Assembly: GCF_042878995.1 (NCBI RefSeq)
Contig: NZ_JBIAOR010000015.1
Coordinates: 82,933 to 106,932 of the forward strand
Direction of reading: 5' to 3'
DNA length: 24,000 nt
DNA from: Brevibacillus sp. NPDC003359
GTDB taxonomy: Bacteria; Bacillota; Bacilli; Brevibacillales; Brevibacillaceae
The notes below the pieces were generated by a model, which was not told the DNA's origin, made no database searches, and saw nothing but the letters and a program-made list of their open reading frames with translations. Below, piece after piece: positions 1-8,099 of the stretch. How positions within the stretch are numbered: the first letter of the stretch is position 1; each line of letters opens with the position of its first letter. Made by a program: the position numbers and the translations under genes.

Positions 1-71
1 CGCACCGGATATTCCGCCAACAGCTCAACTTCCTTGCCTTCTATTTGTATGCTTTTCAACTTCATGTCCAT
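1..71 (-). CDS. N-terminal fragment of an unidentified protein (continues past window start)
   Basis: Minus-strand ATG at 71-69 (alternative ATG 65-63) has AAGAGG 8 nt upstream. The open frame MDMKLKSIQIEGKEVELLAEYPV... runs off position 1. It is too short for the ORF track or for family assignment. Confidence 0.3.
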   Translation of the reverse strand, partial: MDMKLKSIQIEGKEVELLAEYPV

Positions 72-235
72 ATCAAATGCCTCTTTTCCGTTCAAATAAT
101 GTCGCTTCCTATTCTACCCCAGAACCGCAACAAAACAAATGAATCCCCCAAAAGGACATCGACGAGTTTACAAACATAAGCCCCTGCATTTTATAATTTT
201 TGTTTTTAAATCCTCGACGGACAGTTAAAGCTGTT

Positions 236-442
236 GAGAGAAAAAAGAAGAAAACGGCGAAAGTCTTTGGGATACCAACCGAAGCGCAATGGAAAAAATG
301 AAACCTGCCTTTAGCGTCCACCTCTGAGACACTACGTAGCTGCGCGACTTTGGACGCGGGTTTCTTTTTTTCCATGGAGCTGGGCAGTCTTAACCCCTAG
401 CAGGTATCCCAAGAACTTGAGCGTTTTCTTCTTTTTTCTCTC
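236..442. repeat. ~207-bp imperfect palindrome (long inverted repeat), non-coding
   Basis: 236-256 GAGAGAAAAAAGAAGAAAACG is the exact reverse complement of 422-442 (21/21). Similarity continues inward: 267-276 TTGGGATACC pairs with 403-412, and 289-305 pairs with 359-375 at 16/17. The centre is a CTACGTAG palindrome at 332-339. A 1-nt indel between the arms breaks any common reading frame. Confidence 0.8.
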
Positions 443-463
443 CTCCACCGAAAGCCCGTCTAA

Positions 464-500
464 CGAAAAAAAGAGAGCGCCGAATCAGCTCGACGCTCTT
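464..500 (-). terminator. Rho-independent terminator (minus strand)
   Basis: Stem 474-479 AGAGCG / 494-499 CGCTCT, plus inner pairs 481-483 / 490-492. On the minus strand it is followed by a T7 run (plus-strand A run 466-472). Confidence 0.6.
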
Positions 501-506
501 AAGAAT

Positions 507-526
507 TATCTATTTAAAAATAGATA
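507..526. repeat. Perfect 20-bp AT-rich palindrome TATCTATTT-AA-AAATAGATA (operator-like), function unknown
   Basis: Read directly: 9-bp arms at 507-515 and 518-526 are exact reverse complements. A G7 homopolymer follows at 529-535. Confidence 0.5.
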
Positions 527-554
527 GAGGGGGGGAACTTCAGATACTGCATTT

Positions 555-581
555 ATGCAAACGGGATAAAATGCATCCCGG
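555..581 (-). terminator. Weak hairpin downstream of the protease gene (possible leaky terminator)
   Basis: 6-bp stem CGGGAT (562-567) / ATCCCG (575-580) with a 7-nt loop. On the minus strand it is followed only by TTTG. Confidence 0.3.
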
Positions 582-644
582 AGTTGCCCATCAAGGTTTG
601 TTTCCTTCACATGCCTGCCCGCAAAATGGCTTGGTCAGTGCTTC

Positions 645-1877
645 TTACTGCTGTGGCGGTGCGGTCAGCTTCACTTTGGCAGTCTTCTGAATACCGTCAC
701 GATAGTACGTAATGTCCATCGTATCGCCCGGTTTTTTGCTCATCGTCAAGTACTTGCGCAGCTGAGCGCTGTTAGAAATGTTCTTGTCATCTAGCTTGAC
801 GATGACATCGAACTGTCTCAAGCCTGCTTCACCCGCAGGAGAGAATTTGCCTACTTCTGTTTGCACGACGACGCCAGCATTCACATTGTCAGGCAGATTC
901 AAAGTTTCTTTCCATTCGTAGCGCGGCACATTGGCCAAGTCGAGTGGCTGCACACCGAGGTAAGAACGTTCCAGCTTGCCTTTTTCCATCAGCTGGTCCA
1001 CGGTCACTTTGACATCATTGCTTGGGAGGGCAAAACCTAACCCTTCGACACCTGCTTTGGAAATTTTCAAGGTGTTAATCCCGATGACCTGGCCCTCAAT
1101 GTTTACGAGGGCACCACCGCTGTTACCAGGGTTGATCGCTGCATCTGTCTGAATGACGTCCAGCTCCCAGTCGTCCTGACCATCTTCGTTAATGTCCATT
1201 GGCATGGAGCGTTCCTTGGAACTGATGATGCCTTGTGTGACGGTCCGGGAGAACTGCATGCCCAGTGGGTTCCCGATGGCAATGGCCGGTTCGCCCACCT
1301 GTAGGGTAGAAGAATCACCAAACTCAGCAACGTCCGTAACCTTGGAGCCGTCGATTTCCAGTACGGCCAGATCAGTGTAACCATCGGCACCGACCACTTT
1401 CGCCGATACTTTTTCACCTGTTGGCAGAGCGACCTCTAGCTTTTGCGCCTTGTCGATTACGTGGTAGTTGGTAACGATGTAGGCTTTTCCGCCCTTTTTC
1501 TCAAAGATGACACCAGAGCCTTGGCCCTGCTCGACATCCATCGAATTCTGCATCCAGCTGTTTCTGCGCTGACCGATGTTGATTACACCAACAATCGCAT
1601 TCTCCACTTTTTTCACCGCATCTACTGTACCAGAGCCCACACTTACAGATACTGGTTTGGCAAACGGGTTAGAAGAAGAGGCATTGCTGCTTAGCACATT
1701 TTCTGTTCCAGGCTGAACCATATTAATATATCCGGCATTGGAGAGTGTCGGCAGCGTGAGCAGGACGACCATCCCCCCAATTACCGCGGATGTTACTGAC
1801 GTCACGACCATACGTCCAATGCCAGAACCGCGTTGTTTTTTTCGCTCTACATGAGTTAAATCATCATAAAAACCCAT
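645..1877 (-). CDS. htrC: HtrA/DegP-family membrane-anchored serine protease with C-terminal PDZ domain
   Basis: 410-aa ORF with an N-terminal TM segment (VVTSVTSAVIGGMVVLLTLP). S1C triad context: TNYHVI (His), DLAVLE (Asp), GNSGGALVN (Ser). The C-terminal region is PDZ-like. It sits downstream of walJ, as yyxA/htrC does in B. subtilis. Confidence 0.9.
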   Translation of the reverse strand: MGFYDDLTHVERKKQRGSGIGRMVVTSVTSAVIGGMVVLLTLPTLSNAGYINMVQPGTENVLSSNASSSNPFAKPVSVSVGSGTVDAVKKVENAIVGVINIGQRRNSWMQNSMDVEQGQGSGVIFEKKGGKAYIVTNYHVIDKAQKLEVALPTGEKVSAKVVGADGYTDLAVLEIDGSKVTDVAEFGDSSTLQVGEPAIAIGNPLGMQFSRTVTQGIISSKERSMPMDINEDGQDDWELDVIQTDAAINPGNSGGALVNIEGQVIGINTLKISKAGVEGLGFALPSNDVKVTVDQLMEKGKLERSYLGVQPLDLANVPRYEWKETLNLPDNVNAGVVVQTEVGKFSPAGEAGLRQFDVIVKLDDKNISNSAQLRKYLTMSKKPGDTMDITYYRDGIQKTAKVKLTAPPQQ

Positions 1878-2067
1878 GATTCATACTCCCCTTTCTACTT
1901 TCTACCATTACTAGCTTTGCAGGTTTTTGATACTCGTATACACAATGACATGCGCCGTAATTGGTTTGCATGATTGATTTCGTTGATGTCTGTTTCCTTT
2001 TGACACCCTTAGTATACGACCCGCTTTTGGCAAAATGGCGTGAGAATTATGGAAAGGTTGTGGAATA

Positions 2068-2099
2068 GAAAAAAGCTCCCGGAATATTTCTCCGAGAGC
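2068..2099 (-). terminator. Rho-independent terminator, apparent 3' end of the wal operon transcript
   Basis: Stem GCTCCCGGA (2075-2083) / TCCGAGAGC (2091-2099), 9 bp including one G-U pair, with a 7-nt loop. A T6 run follows on the minus strand (plus-strand A run 2069-2074). Confidence 0.7.
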
Positions 2100-2140
2100 A
2101 CGGATATGATAGATTAAAAGCTTTTCCCTACCAAACCAAA

Positions 2141-2395
2141 TTGAAAGGATTGATAGACTTGAAAGAAGTCCACCTCATCGCCAAGCTGGCCGACCTTCAG
2201 GAAGTAGACTACCACAATACGCTTGTCCTGCATGCCCTTATCGAGCTGCTAGTAGCCAAAGGACTCCTGACACATGATGAGCTGACTGCCAAAATGAATG
2301 AGCTCGATACACAATTAACGTTCCATATCGATACGTACGCGATACTCACAGAACGCATTGCCAGTCGCCAAGCCGGAATCAAACCAATCCTATAG
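2141..2395 (+). CDS. Small hypothetical helical protein (78-84 aa), convergent with walJ
   Basis: This is the only protein-like frame in the 290-nt gap between the walJ stop and its terminator. TTG at 2141 has no SD. An in-frame TTG at 2159 has AAAGGA 9 nt upstream, so 2159 is the likelier start. The product (…HNTLVLHALIELLVAKGLLTHDELTAKMNELD…) looks amphipathic and helical. The stop overlaps the walJ stop by 6 nt. No family recognised. Confidence 0.45.
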   Translation: MKGLIDLKEVHLIAKLADLQEVDYHNTLVLHALIELLVAKGLLTHDELTAKMNELDTQLTFHIDTYAILTERIASRQAGIKPIL

Positions 2396-3178
2396 CTCTT
2401 CCAGCTTGGTAGGTCGATCCGGGTACGTGTCACGCAGGTGTACATCATTACCAACAGACAAGCCCCGCTCCTCCAAGATGTTTTTGACCGTCAGTCTGGC
2501 CAAATCAATCATATTGTTTTCCTTACTCAAGTGAGCGAGGTATACGCGTTCTGCCCCACCTGTCAAACAATCGAGCAAAGCATCGCCTGCCGCTTCATTG
2601 GACAAGTGCCCGACATCACTCAAGATACGTCGTTTGATACTCCAAGGATACTGGGACATACGCAACAGCTCAACGTCATGATTGGACTCGAACACGTACG
2701 CATCTGCTCCACGAATCGTCTCTTTAATCCGATCACTAACATACCCCAGGTCAGTCGCGACACTGAGCTTTTTCTTGCCTTGATAAAAACAGAAGCCCAT
2801 CGGCTCGGCAGCATCGTGCGAGATTCCGAATGACTCGATGCCCAAATCCTCCAACTCTTTCTTCTCCCCTACAGAAAAGAAGCGTCGCTGATCTTCCTTG
2901 ATCGTCCCGATTTGCCCATCCAGCTCCGACCACGTCTTTTCATTGGCGTAAATCGGCAATCCATATCGCCGCGCCATGACCCCGACCCCTTTAATATGGT
3001 CGACGTGCTCATGGGTGACGAGAATGGCGTTCAGCTCTGCTGGATTGACACCAATGGTATCCAGCGCCGCTTCTGCTTGCTTTCCTGTAATGCCTACATC
3101 GATCAATACGGAAACACGGTCTGTTGCCACATAAATGGCGTTTCCCGTGCTCCCGCTTGCCAACACACTAAATCTCAC
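2390..3178 (-). CDS. walJ: MBL-fold metallo-hydrolase YycJ/WalJ
   Basis: 262 aa with the HxHxDH motif (THEHVDH). GTG start with GGAGAGGGA SD. Last gene of the walRK-yycHIJ arrangement. Confidence 0.9.
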   Translation of the reverse strand: MRFSVLASGSTGNAIYVATDRVSVLIDVGITGKQAEAALDTIGVNPAELNAILVTHEHVDHIKGVGVMARRYGLPIYANEKTWSELDGQIGTIKEDQRRFFSVGEKKELEDLGIESFGISHDAAEPMGFCFYQGKKKLSVATDLGYVSDRIKETIRGADAYVFESNHDVELLRMSQYPWSIKRRILSDVGHLSNEAAGDALLDCLTGGAERVYLAHLSKENNMIDLARLTVKNILEERGLSVGNDVHLRDTYPDRPTKLEEL

Positions 3179-3221
3179 CGAACATCCCTCTCCCCGTATC
3201 TTTCCCAGGCTGTCTATCCAT

Positions 3222-3995
3222 TCAGCGTTGCGTTACCATCGGACGCTCCAGAGCTCCTGTAATCGCGTTGACAAAATGCCATTTGCCATCGTGAACTACA
3301 CGCCAGACAGGCACCAGCGTCTGAATATCCGCATCGTAAGAACCGTAATAACCCAAGCTCACATTCTCAATCCGTTCCCCTGGTGAAATGATTTGCTTGT
3401 CCACCAGAGAACGTAGTGCCGCATAACCAGAGATGACCTGTCGCTCCCCCTGCTGCTTGCGAAGGTGGAAAAAGGTCTGCCTGTAGCCGAGTATCGTTCC
3501 GTTATCCAAATACATTTCCAACGGAGCGACGAATACTGGCATTTTATCATAGACCTGCCAATACAAGAGGCGCGCTTGATTCGATTGATACGGATCGGCT
3601 ACGTATTGATCGGAATAAATCAGCCTCGGACCAATTTGACGCAGGAGCTCCTGAGGATTCAGCTGACCACGAATCTGCATCGGTGGGTTCAGCTTGGCAG
3701 CCAGCGCCATTTTTTCTACCGTTGCCTGAAGTCCTGATATCTCATGCAAGGAAATCGGATTAATTCCGATATACTCCGCATCCAAATTAGACATTTCCGG
3801 TGTATCCTGCGGCACTTCTGTATCCAATGTGATATTTTGCTGATTCAAGTACAGCTCTGTATTCCATTTCTCACTCTGCGCGACTTCCTTGTCATTCCAC
3901 AGACTAATACGCGTCACATACACCTGATACAAGAGAAACAAATCGAGGAGAAGAAAGGCCCAGATCAGAATCGTCTTGGTCCTACTCCAATCCAT
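3222..3995 (-). CDS. walI: Two-component regulatory protein YycI/WalI
   Basis: ORF 3222-4064. The likely start is the internal ATG at 3995 (MDWSRTKTILIWAFLLLDLFLLYQVY, a single N-terminal TM), preceded by GGAGGGA. It overlaps the walH 3' end by 14 nt. The call rests on position and topology. Confidence 0.8.
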   Translation of the reverse strand: MDWSRTKTILIWAFLLLDLFLLYQVYVTRISLWNDKEVAQSEKWNTELYLNQQNITLDTEVPQDTPEMSNLDAEYIGINPISLHEISGLQATVEKMALAAKLNPPMQIRGQLNPQELLRQIGPRLIYSDQYVADPYQSNQARLLYWQVYDKMPVFVAPLEMYLDNGTILGYRQTFFHLRKQQGERQVISGYAALRSLVDKQIISPGERIENVSLGYYGSYDADIQTLVPVWRVVHDGKWHFVNAITGALERPMVTQR

Positions 3996-5364
3996 GCGCC
4001 TTCCCTCCTCCCTGTTTGGTGTGCGCAGAAATATACAGGTTCGCCTGATTCGCCAATTCCACAACCCAGATTGGCATCAGGTCCACGTATCCTTCGCCTA
4101 CTTTGGTATGGTAAGCCAAATAAGCGTTGGTGATTTTTTCTGTATCCGCCAGTTTTTTATCGCGAATATACTGATACAGCTCCGGACCAGACATAACCGT
4201 CCACTCTTTGTTATCGATGTACTTATCCAAATCCAGCAGGGAACGACTCATCGTCACAACCTGGCCTGCTTCAGAGGTAATTTGGATCGTATCGATTTGC
4301 TTGGCCTCCCCTTCGCTGATCAAGGGATACGCCCCCAAGTACTGGCGGAACGTGATCAAGTCTTTTTCATTGTAGCTCTTCTTGATTCGTTCAAAATGAA
4401 ACTCATCAAGCCAGCCTAAGTGCTTATTCATGAAGGTAACTGCACTCTGCACTTTTTCTTCGTCAGACAGCTCCTGATCCCGCTGTTGGTACGCCGGATC
4501 GGTAAACGTAAACGCCTGCTGCTCCGATCTCAATTGAATCGATCTGCTGCCATCTGTAAAAATAACCGTTTTGTCCCGCTCCATGATCTGTCTGACCAGC
4601 GATTGATCGATAAAGTAGGACTCGATCAGTCTTTCATTCGTAACAGGTACATAGCTGTAGCGGAATTGCTGCATGCGCATCTGATTCTTGGGCAAATAAT
4701 AGGTGTTCCATATCGGCACATGCCCTTCCAAATCTACGAAGCTTCGCTCTGGTTTGACGATTTTCATGATTTGCTCAGGCATTAAATCACCAGAAGCCAA
4801 ATACGACTCTCGCAAATCCTTGGGGCTGATTGACGTTCGAGAACGCATCATTCGACCTTCCTCAGTCGACAAAAATAACGCATAGACGATATCTTCGTCC
4901 TTCTCGTAGTACAACCACAATCGGTCAACCCCTTTCATTCGGTTGTCAAACTCATCCCGAAAGGTTACCAGCCGACCTACAATTGACAAAGGAACCGTGC
5001 TCCGAAAGCGCACTTCCAAACCCATCTTTTCCCGGGCAATATCTTCCCATTTCTCATTGGAGATGGTGAACGGAGAAAAATCAAGAAAGATCCATTTCGA
5101 CATTTCTCGCACGATCAAACTATAAGGAGCATCGGTTGCGGATGCTTTCGTGTGACGATCTTCCCCATAGTGAAAAACAACGGATTCCGGCGTAACGAGC
5201 TGTTCGAGTTGTTTTTCCTGAACCGGCTTTGACTGCGTGTACTCTGCCGGCTCAATAAATTGCAAGTTAGGTTGATTCGACCACAACATCGCTGTCAAAA
5301 CAAAGCTGGCTAGCACTAGCAGATTGAGTAAGACGGTCTTGGCAGGCTCTAACATCCGCTTCAT
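3982..5364 (-). CDS. walH: WalK activity regulator YycH/WalH
   Basis: ORF 3982-5424. The likely start is ATG at 5364 ([29 protein letters not shown]-terminal TM), which forms an ATGA overlap with the walK stop (5361-5364 reads TCAT on plus). Position immediately after walK. Confidence 0.8.
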   Translation of the reverse strand: MKRMLEPAKTVLLNLLVLASFVLTAMLWSNQPNLQFIEPAEYTQSKPVQEKQLEQLVTPESVVFHYGEDRHTKASATDAPYSLIVREMSKWIFLDFSPFTISNEKWEDIAREKMGLEVRFRSTVPLSIVGRLVTFRDEFDNRMKGVDRLWLYYEKDEDIVYALFLSTEEGRMMRSRTSISPKDLRESYLASGDLMPEQIMKIVKPERSFVDLEGHVPIWNTYYLPKNQMRMQQFRYSYVPVTNERLIESYFIDQSLVRQIMERDKTVIFTDGSRSIQLRSEQQAFTFTDPAYQQRDQELSDEEKVQSAVTFMNKHLGWLDEFHFERIKKSYNEKDLITFRQYLGAYPLISEGEAKQIDTIQITSEAGQVVTMSRSLLDLDKYIDNKEWTVMSGPELYQYIRDKKLADTEKITNAYLAYHTKVGEGYVDLMPIWVVELANQANLYISAHTKQGGGKAHGLE

Positions 5365-7184
5365 CCCGTTTTTCCTCCTTGGGCAAATGGCACCCAGAAC
5401 GTTACTGTCGTTCCCACGTTCCATTCGCTCGTAATCTCGATATCTGCACCGTGTGCCTGTACTAATTCGCGGGCAATCGCCAATCCCAAGCCTGTACCTC
5501 CCTGACCGCGTGAACGCGCCTTGTCTACGCGGTAGAACCGCTCAAAGATCCGTTTCAAATCACGGCTGGGAATACCGATTCCTGTGTCAGTGATGGAGAT
5601 TTGTACCCGCTTTTGCTTATGGCTCTCTCTTGCTTTGAGAACCACGGAGCCCCCTTGAGGCGTATACTTGATCGCATTGGACAAAAGATTATCCAATACT
5701 TGATTGATCGCATCCAGATCAATATAGACCGGCGGAAGCTTGCTCGGCATATCCAGGCTGAGCTGAACCTCCTGTTGCTCACTGAACATGGAAAAACGAT
5801 CGGCTGCATAGCGAAGCAATCGATTGAGGTCTGCTTCCTTACAATGCAGACGAACTCCCTGCGAATCAAAACGCGATAGCTGCAACAAATCGTTTACCAA
5901 GCGAATCATGCGCTCTGTCTCCGACGACGTGACTTTCAAGAACCGCTGGGACAGCTCCGGCTCTTCCACTGCGCCATCCAGCAGGGCTTCTACATAGCTT
6001 TTAATGGTCGTCAGCGGTGTCCGCAGCTCATGCGACACGTTCGCCACGAATTCGCGACGTTGCTGCTCCAGTCGCTGCTGCTCCGTCACATCCGCTACGA
6101 CAGCAATAACTCCGCCCATTTTTTTGCTATCCTGCTGCAAGGGCGTAAACGTGACACGCAGAATCACTTCTTCCTTATTCGGCAGCGTCATCTCAATAAA
6201 CAGTGGTTCTTCCTGCGCATAGAGCGACATCTCATCCTCTGGCGGCAGACCCAACAGCTCATACAAGGTGCGTCTCTTGAGAAGGACGTCAGCCATCGTC
6301 ACCTGCAACATATCTTCTGCTGCCCGATTAAACAGAATGATTTGCCCATTGCGATTAGCAGCAATGACACCGTCCGTCATGTTGCTCAAGATTCCCGCGA
6401 GCTTCTCACGTTCTTCTTCTTGCTGCAAGATCGCTTCCTGCAATCGCAGGGTCATATGATTAAAAGCCATACCGAGTTGGCCAATTTCATCATCGCTATA
6501 GACACGTACACTACTGTTAAAATCCCCGTCTGCTACCAATCGTGCCTGACGGGTCATCTCCTTCACAGGCTTGGTAATGGTGCGGGCCAATACGACCCCG
6601 AGCACTGCCGTAATGACCATTGCGATCATCGTACCTGTCCCCAAGATACCGTTCATTTTGCCAATCGTCGCGTAAGTACCCTCCATCGACGCAATCATGT
6701 AGACTGCACCATACACGATTTGATCGCCCTTTACAGGGAGAGCCAATACTTTTACCCGCGCTCCCGTCTTCGGATCGATCCGCATCGATTCACTGCGCGT
6801 CCCGAGCAAGGCAACGGTCACTTCAGGCTGCGAGGTCCGCTGACCAATTGTACTTTTGTCCTCCGTCGTCGCAACCACCGTTCTTGTCTGATCGATGACC
6901 TGCACATTCGCACCATTGATTTTTACTAGGTTGTTGATCAGGTTGTCGATGTCTTGGCGATTTTGTTCGGCGTTTGATTCCTTCCCGTCATGCGGGCGCA
7001 AATCGCTTTCCAGCAAACTCGCCAACAAACTAGCTTGTCCATTCAATGCCTCGGAAAAGTTGTTGATGTAGTAACTCTCGACTTCCCTCGCAAAATAGGC
7101 GCTAATAAATTGCATCGCAAGCAAAATCAACAGCATGTAAATGATGACCATTTTCCACTGAACGGTTTTGAACAGCCGCCTCAT
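5361..7184 (-). CDS. walK: Essential cell-wall sensor histidine kinase WalK (YycG)
   Basis: 607 aa with two TM segments flanking an extracytoplasmic domain, followed by HAMP and PAS. H-box [11 protein letters not shown]. HATPase motifs DTGIGIP and [13 protein letters not shown] overlap with walR at 7181-7184. Confidence 0.93.
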   Translation of the reverse strand: MRRLFKTVQWKMVIIYMLLILLAMQFISAYFAREVESYYINNFSEALNGQASLLASLLESDLRPHDGKESNAEQNRQDIDNLINNLVKINGANVQVIDQTRTVVATTEDKSTIGQRTSQPEVTVALLGTRSESMRIDPKTGARVKVLALPVKGDQIVYGAVYMIASMEGTYATIGKMNGILGTGTMIAMVITAVLGVVLARTITKPVKEMTRQARLVADGDFNSSVRVYSDDEIGQLGMAFNHMTLRLQEAILQQEEEREKLAGILSNMTDGVIAANRNGQIILFNRAAEDMLQVTMADVLLKRRTLYELLGLPPEDEMSLYAQEEPLFIEMTLPNKEEVILRVTFTPLQQDSKKMGGVIAVVADVTEQQRLEQQRREFVANVSHELRTPLTTIKSYVEALLDGAVEEPELSQRFLKVTSSETERMIRLVNDLLQLSRFDSQGVRLHCKEADLNRLLRYAADRFSMFSEQQEVQLSLDMPSKLPPVYIDLDAINQVLDNLLSNAIKYTPQGGSVVLKARESHKQKRVQISITDTGIGIPSRDLKRIFERFYRVDKARSRGQGGTGLGLAIARELVQAHGADIEITSEWNVGTTVTFWVPFAQGGKTG

Positions 7185-7891
7185 CCAGGCTGGCCTCCCG
7201 TGCCGGGATTGCGTAATGTATAGCCCAAACCACGCCGCGTAATAATGTACTTCGGCTGGCTCGGATCATCCTCGATTTTTTCCCGCAAGCGACGGATCGT
7301 CACATCTACCGTCCGCACATCGCCAAAATAGTCAAATCCCCAGACCGACTGCAGGAGATGCTCTCGCGTCAATACTTGTCCCTGATGGCGAGCAAGGTAC
7401 ACCAGCAGCTCAAACTCACGGTGCGTCAGCTCTAATGCTTCTCCCACCTTTTCGACGGTATACGAGTTCAAATCGATTTCCAGCTCATGCACGCGCAGTA
7501 CATGTTGGTTATCCTTCTCTTCCACTTTCGAGCGGTTACGGCGCAAATGGGCCTTTACACGGGCTACCAGCTCACGCGTACTAAATGGCTTCGTCACGTA
7601 ATCATCCGCGCCCAATTCCAGCCCGAGTACTTTATCCAGTTCAGAGTCTTTGGCAGTCAGCATGATGATCGGAACATCATACGTTTGACGAACGGTTCGG
7701 CATACGTCCATTCCGTCTCTGCCTGGAAGCATAACATCCAATAAAATCAGATCCGGTCGCTCATCCTTGACCACGACAAGCGCCTCATCACCATCATAGG
7801 CGCATACGACCTGATATCCTTCTTTTTCAAACGTGAATTTCAAAATATCTGCAATCGGTTTTTCATCATCTACTACGAGGAGTTTTGCCAT
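7181..7891 (-). CDS. walR: OmpR-family response regulator WalR (YycF)
   Basis: The likely start is ATG at 7891 ([19 protein letters not shown]), preceded by AAGGAGGG. Receiver motifs DVMLPGRDG and LTAKD. C-terminal winged helix ([27 protein letters not shown]). Confidence 0.93.
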   Translation of the reverse strand: MAKLLVVDDEKPIADILKFTFEKEGYQVVCAYDGDEALVVVKDERPDLILLDVMLPGRDGMDVCRTVRQTYDVPIIMLTAKDSELDKVLGLELGADDYVTKPFSTRELVARVKAHLRRNRSKVEEKDNQHVLRVHELEIDLNSYTVEKVGEALELTHREFELLVYLARHQGQVLTREHLLQSVWGFDYFGDVRTVDVTIRRLREKIEDDPSQPKYIITRRGLGYTLRNPGTGGQPG

Positions 7892-8046
7892 CCTGCGCCC
7901 TCCTTTTTCTGAATGTACGTGTTCCAACAGTCGTCTGTTTCCTCTCAAACCGCTTCTTCAAGGATTCCACTTCGACCTTCACTATTCCTCTACAATACAC
8001 CATGTACGCCATGTAAAGAAGGGCTTGCCATTCACTCCCTGCCAAA

Positions 8047-8080
8047 TAAAAAAAGGGCCCCTCATCAGAGTTGCCCTTTT
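8047..8080 (-). terminator. Rho-independent terminator after the M23 peptidase gene
   Basis: Stem GGGC..CTC (8055-8063) / GAG..GCCC (8068-8076) with a 2-nt internal mismatch and a 4-nt loop. A T7 run follows on the minus strand (plus-strand A run 8048-8054). Confidence 0.65.
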
Positions 8081-8099
8081 CTATCCAGAAATTACTTGT

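Noticed and set aside
109-375. An 88-aa minus-strand ORF across the long palindrome.
   Set aside because: There is no SD before its ATG. The sequence is low-complexity (FFFF and KKK runs are encoded by the homopurine and homopyrimidine arms). It runs into the promoter region of the next gene, and the frame is not conserved between the two arms of the inverted repeat.
8000-8017. Direct repeat CCATGTA-N2-CCATGTA containing TGTACG/TGTAAA, in the walR upstream region, as a possible WalR autoregulatory site.
   Set aside because: The half-site spacing is 9 bp and not the 11 bp of TGTWAH-N5-TGTWAH, and one half-site (TGTACG) violates the consensus at two positions.
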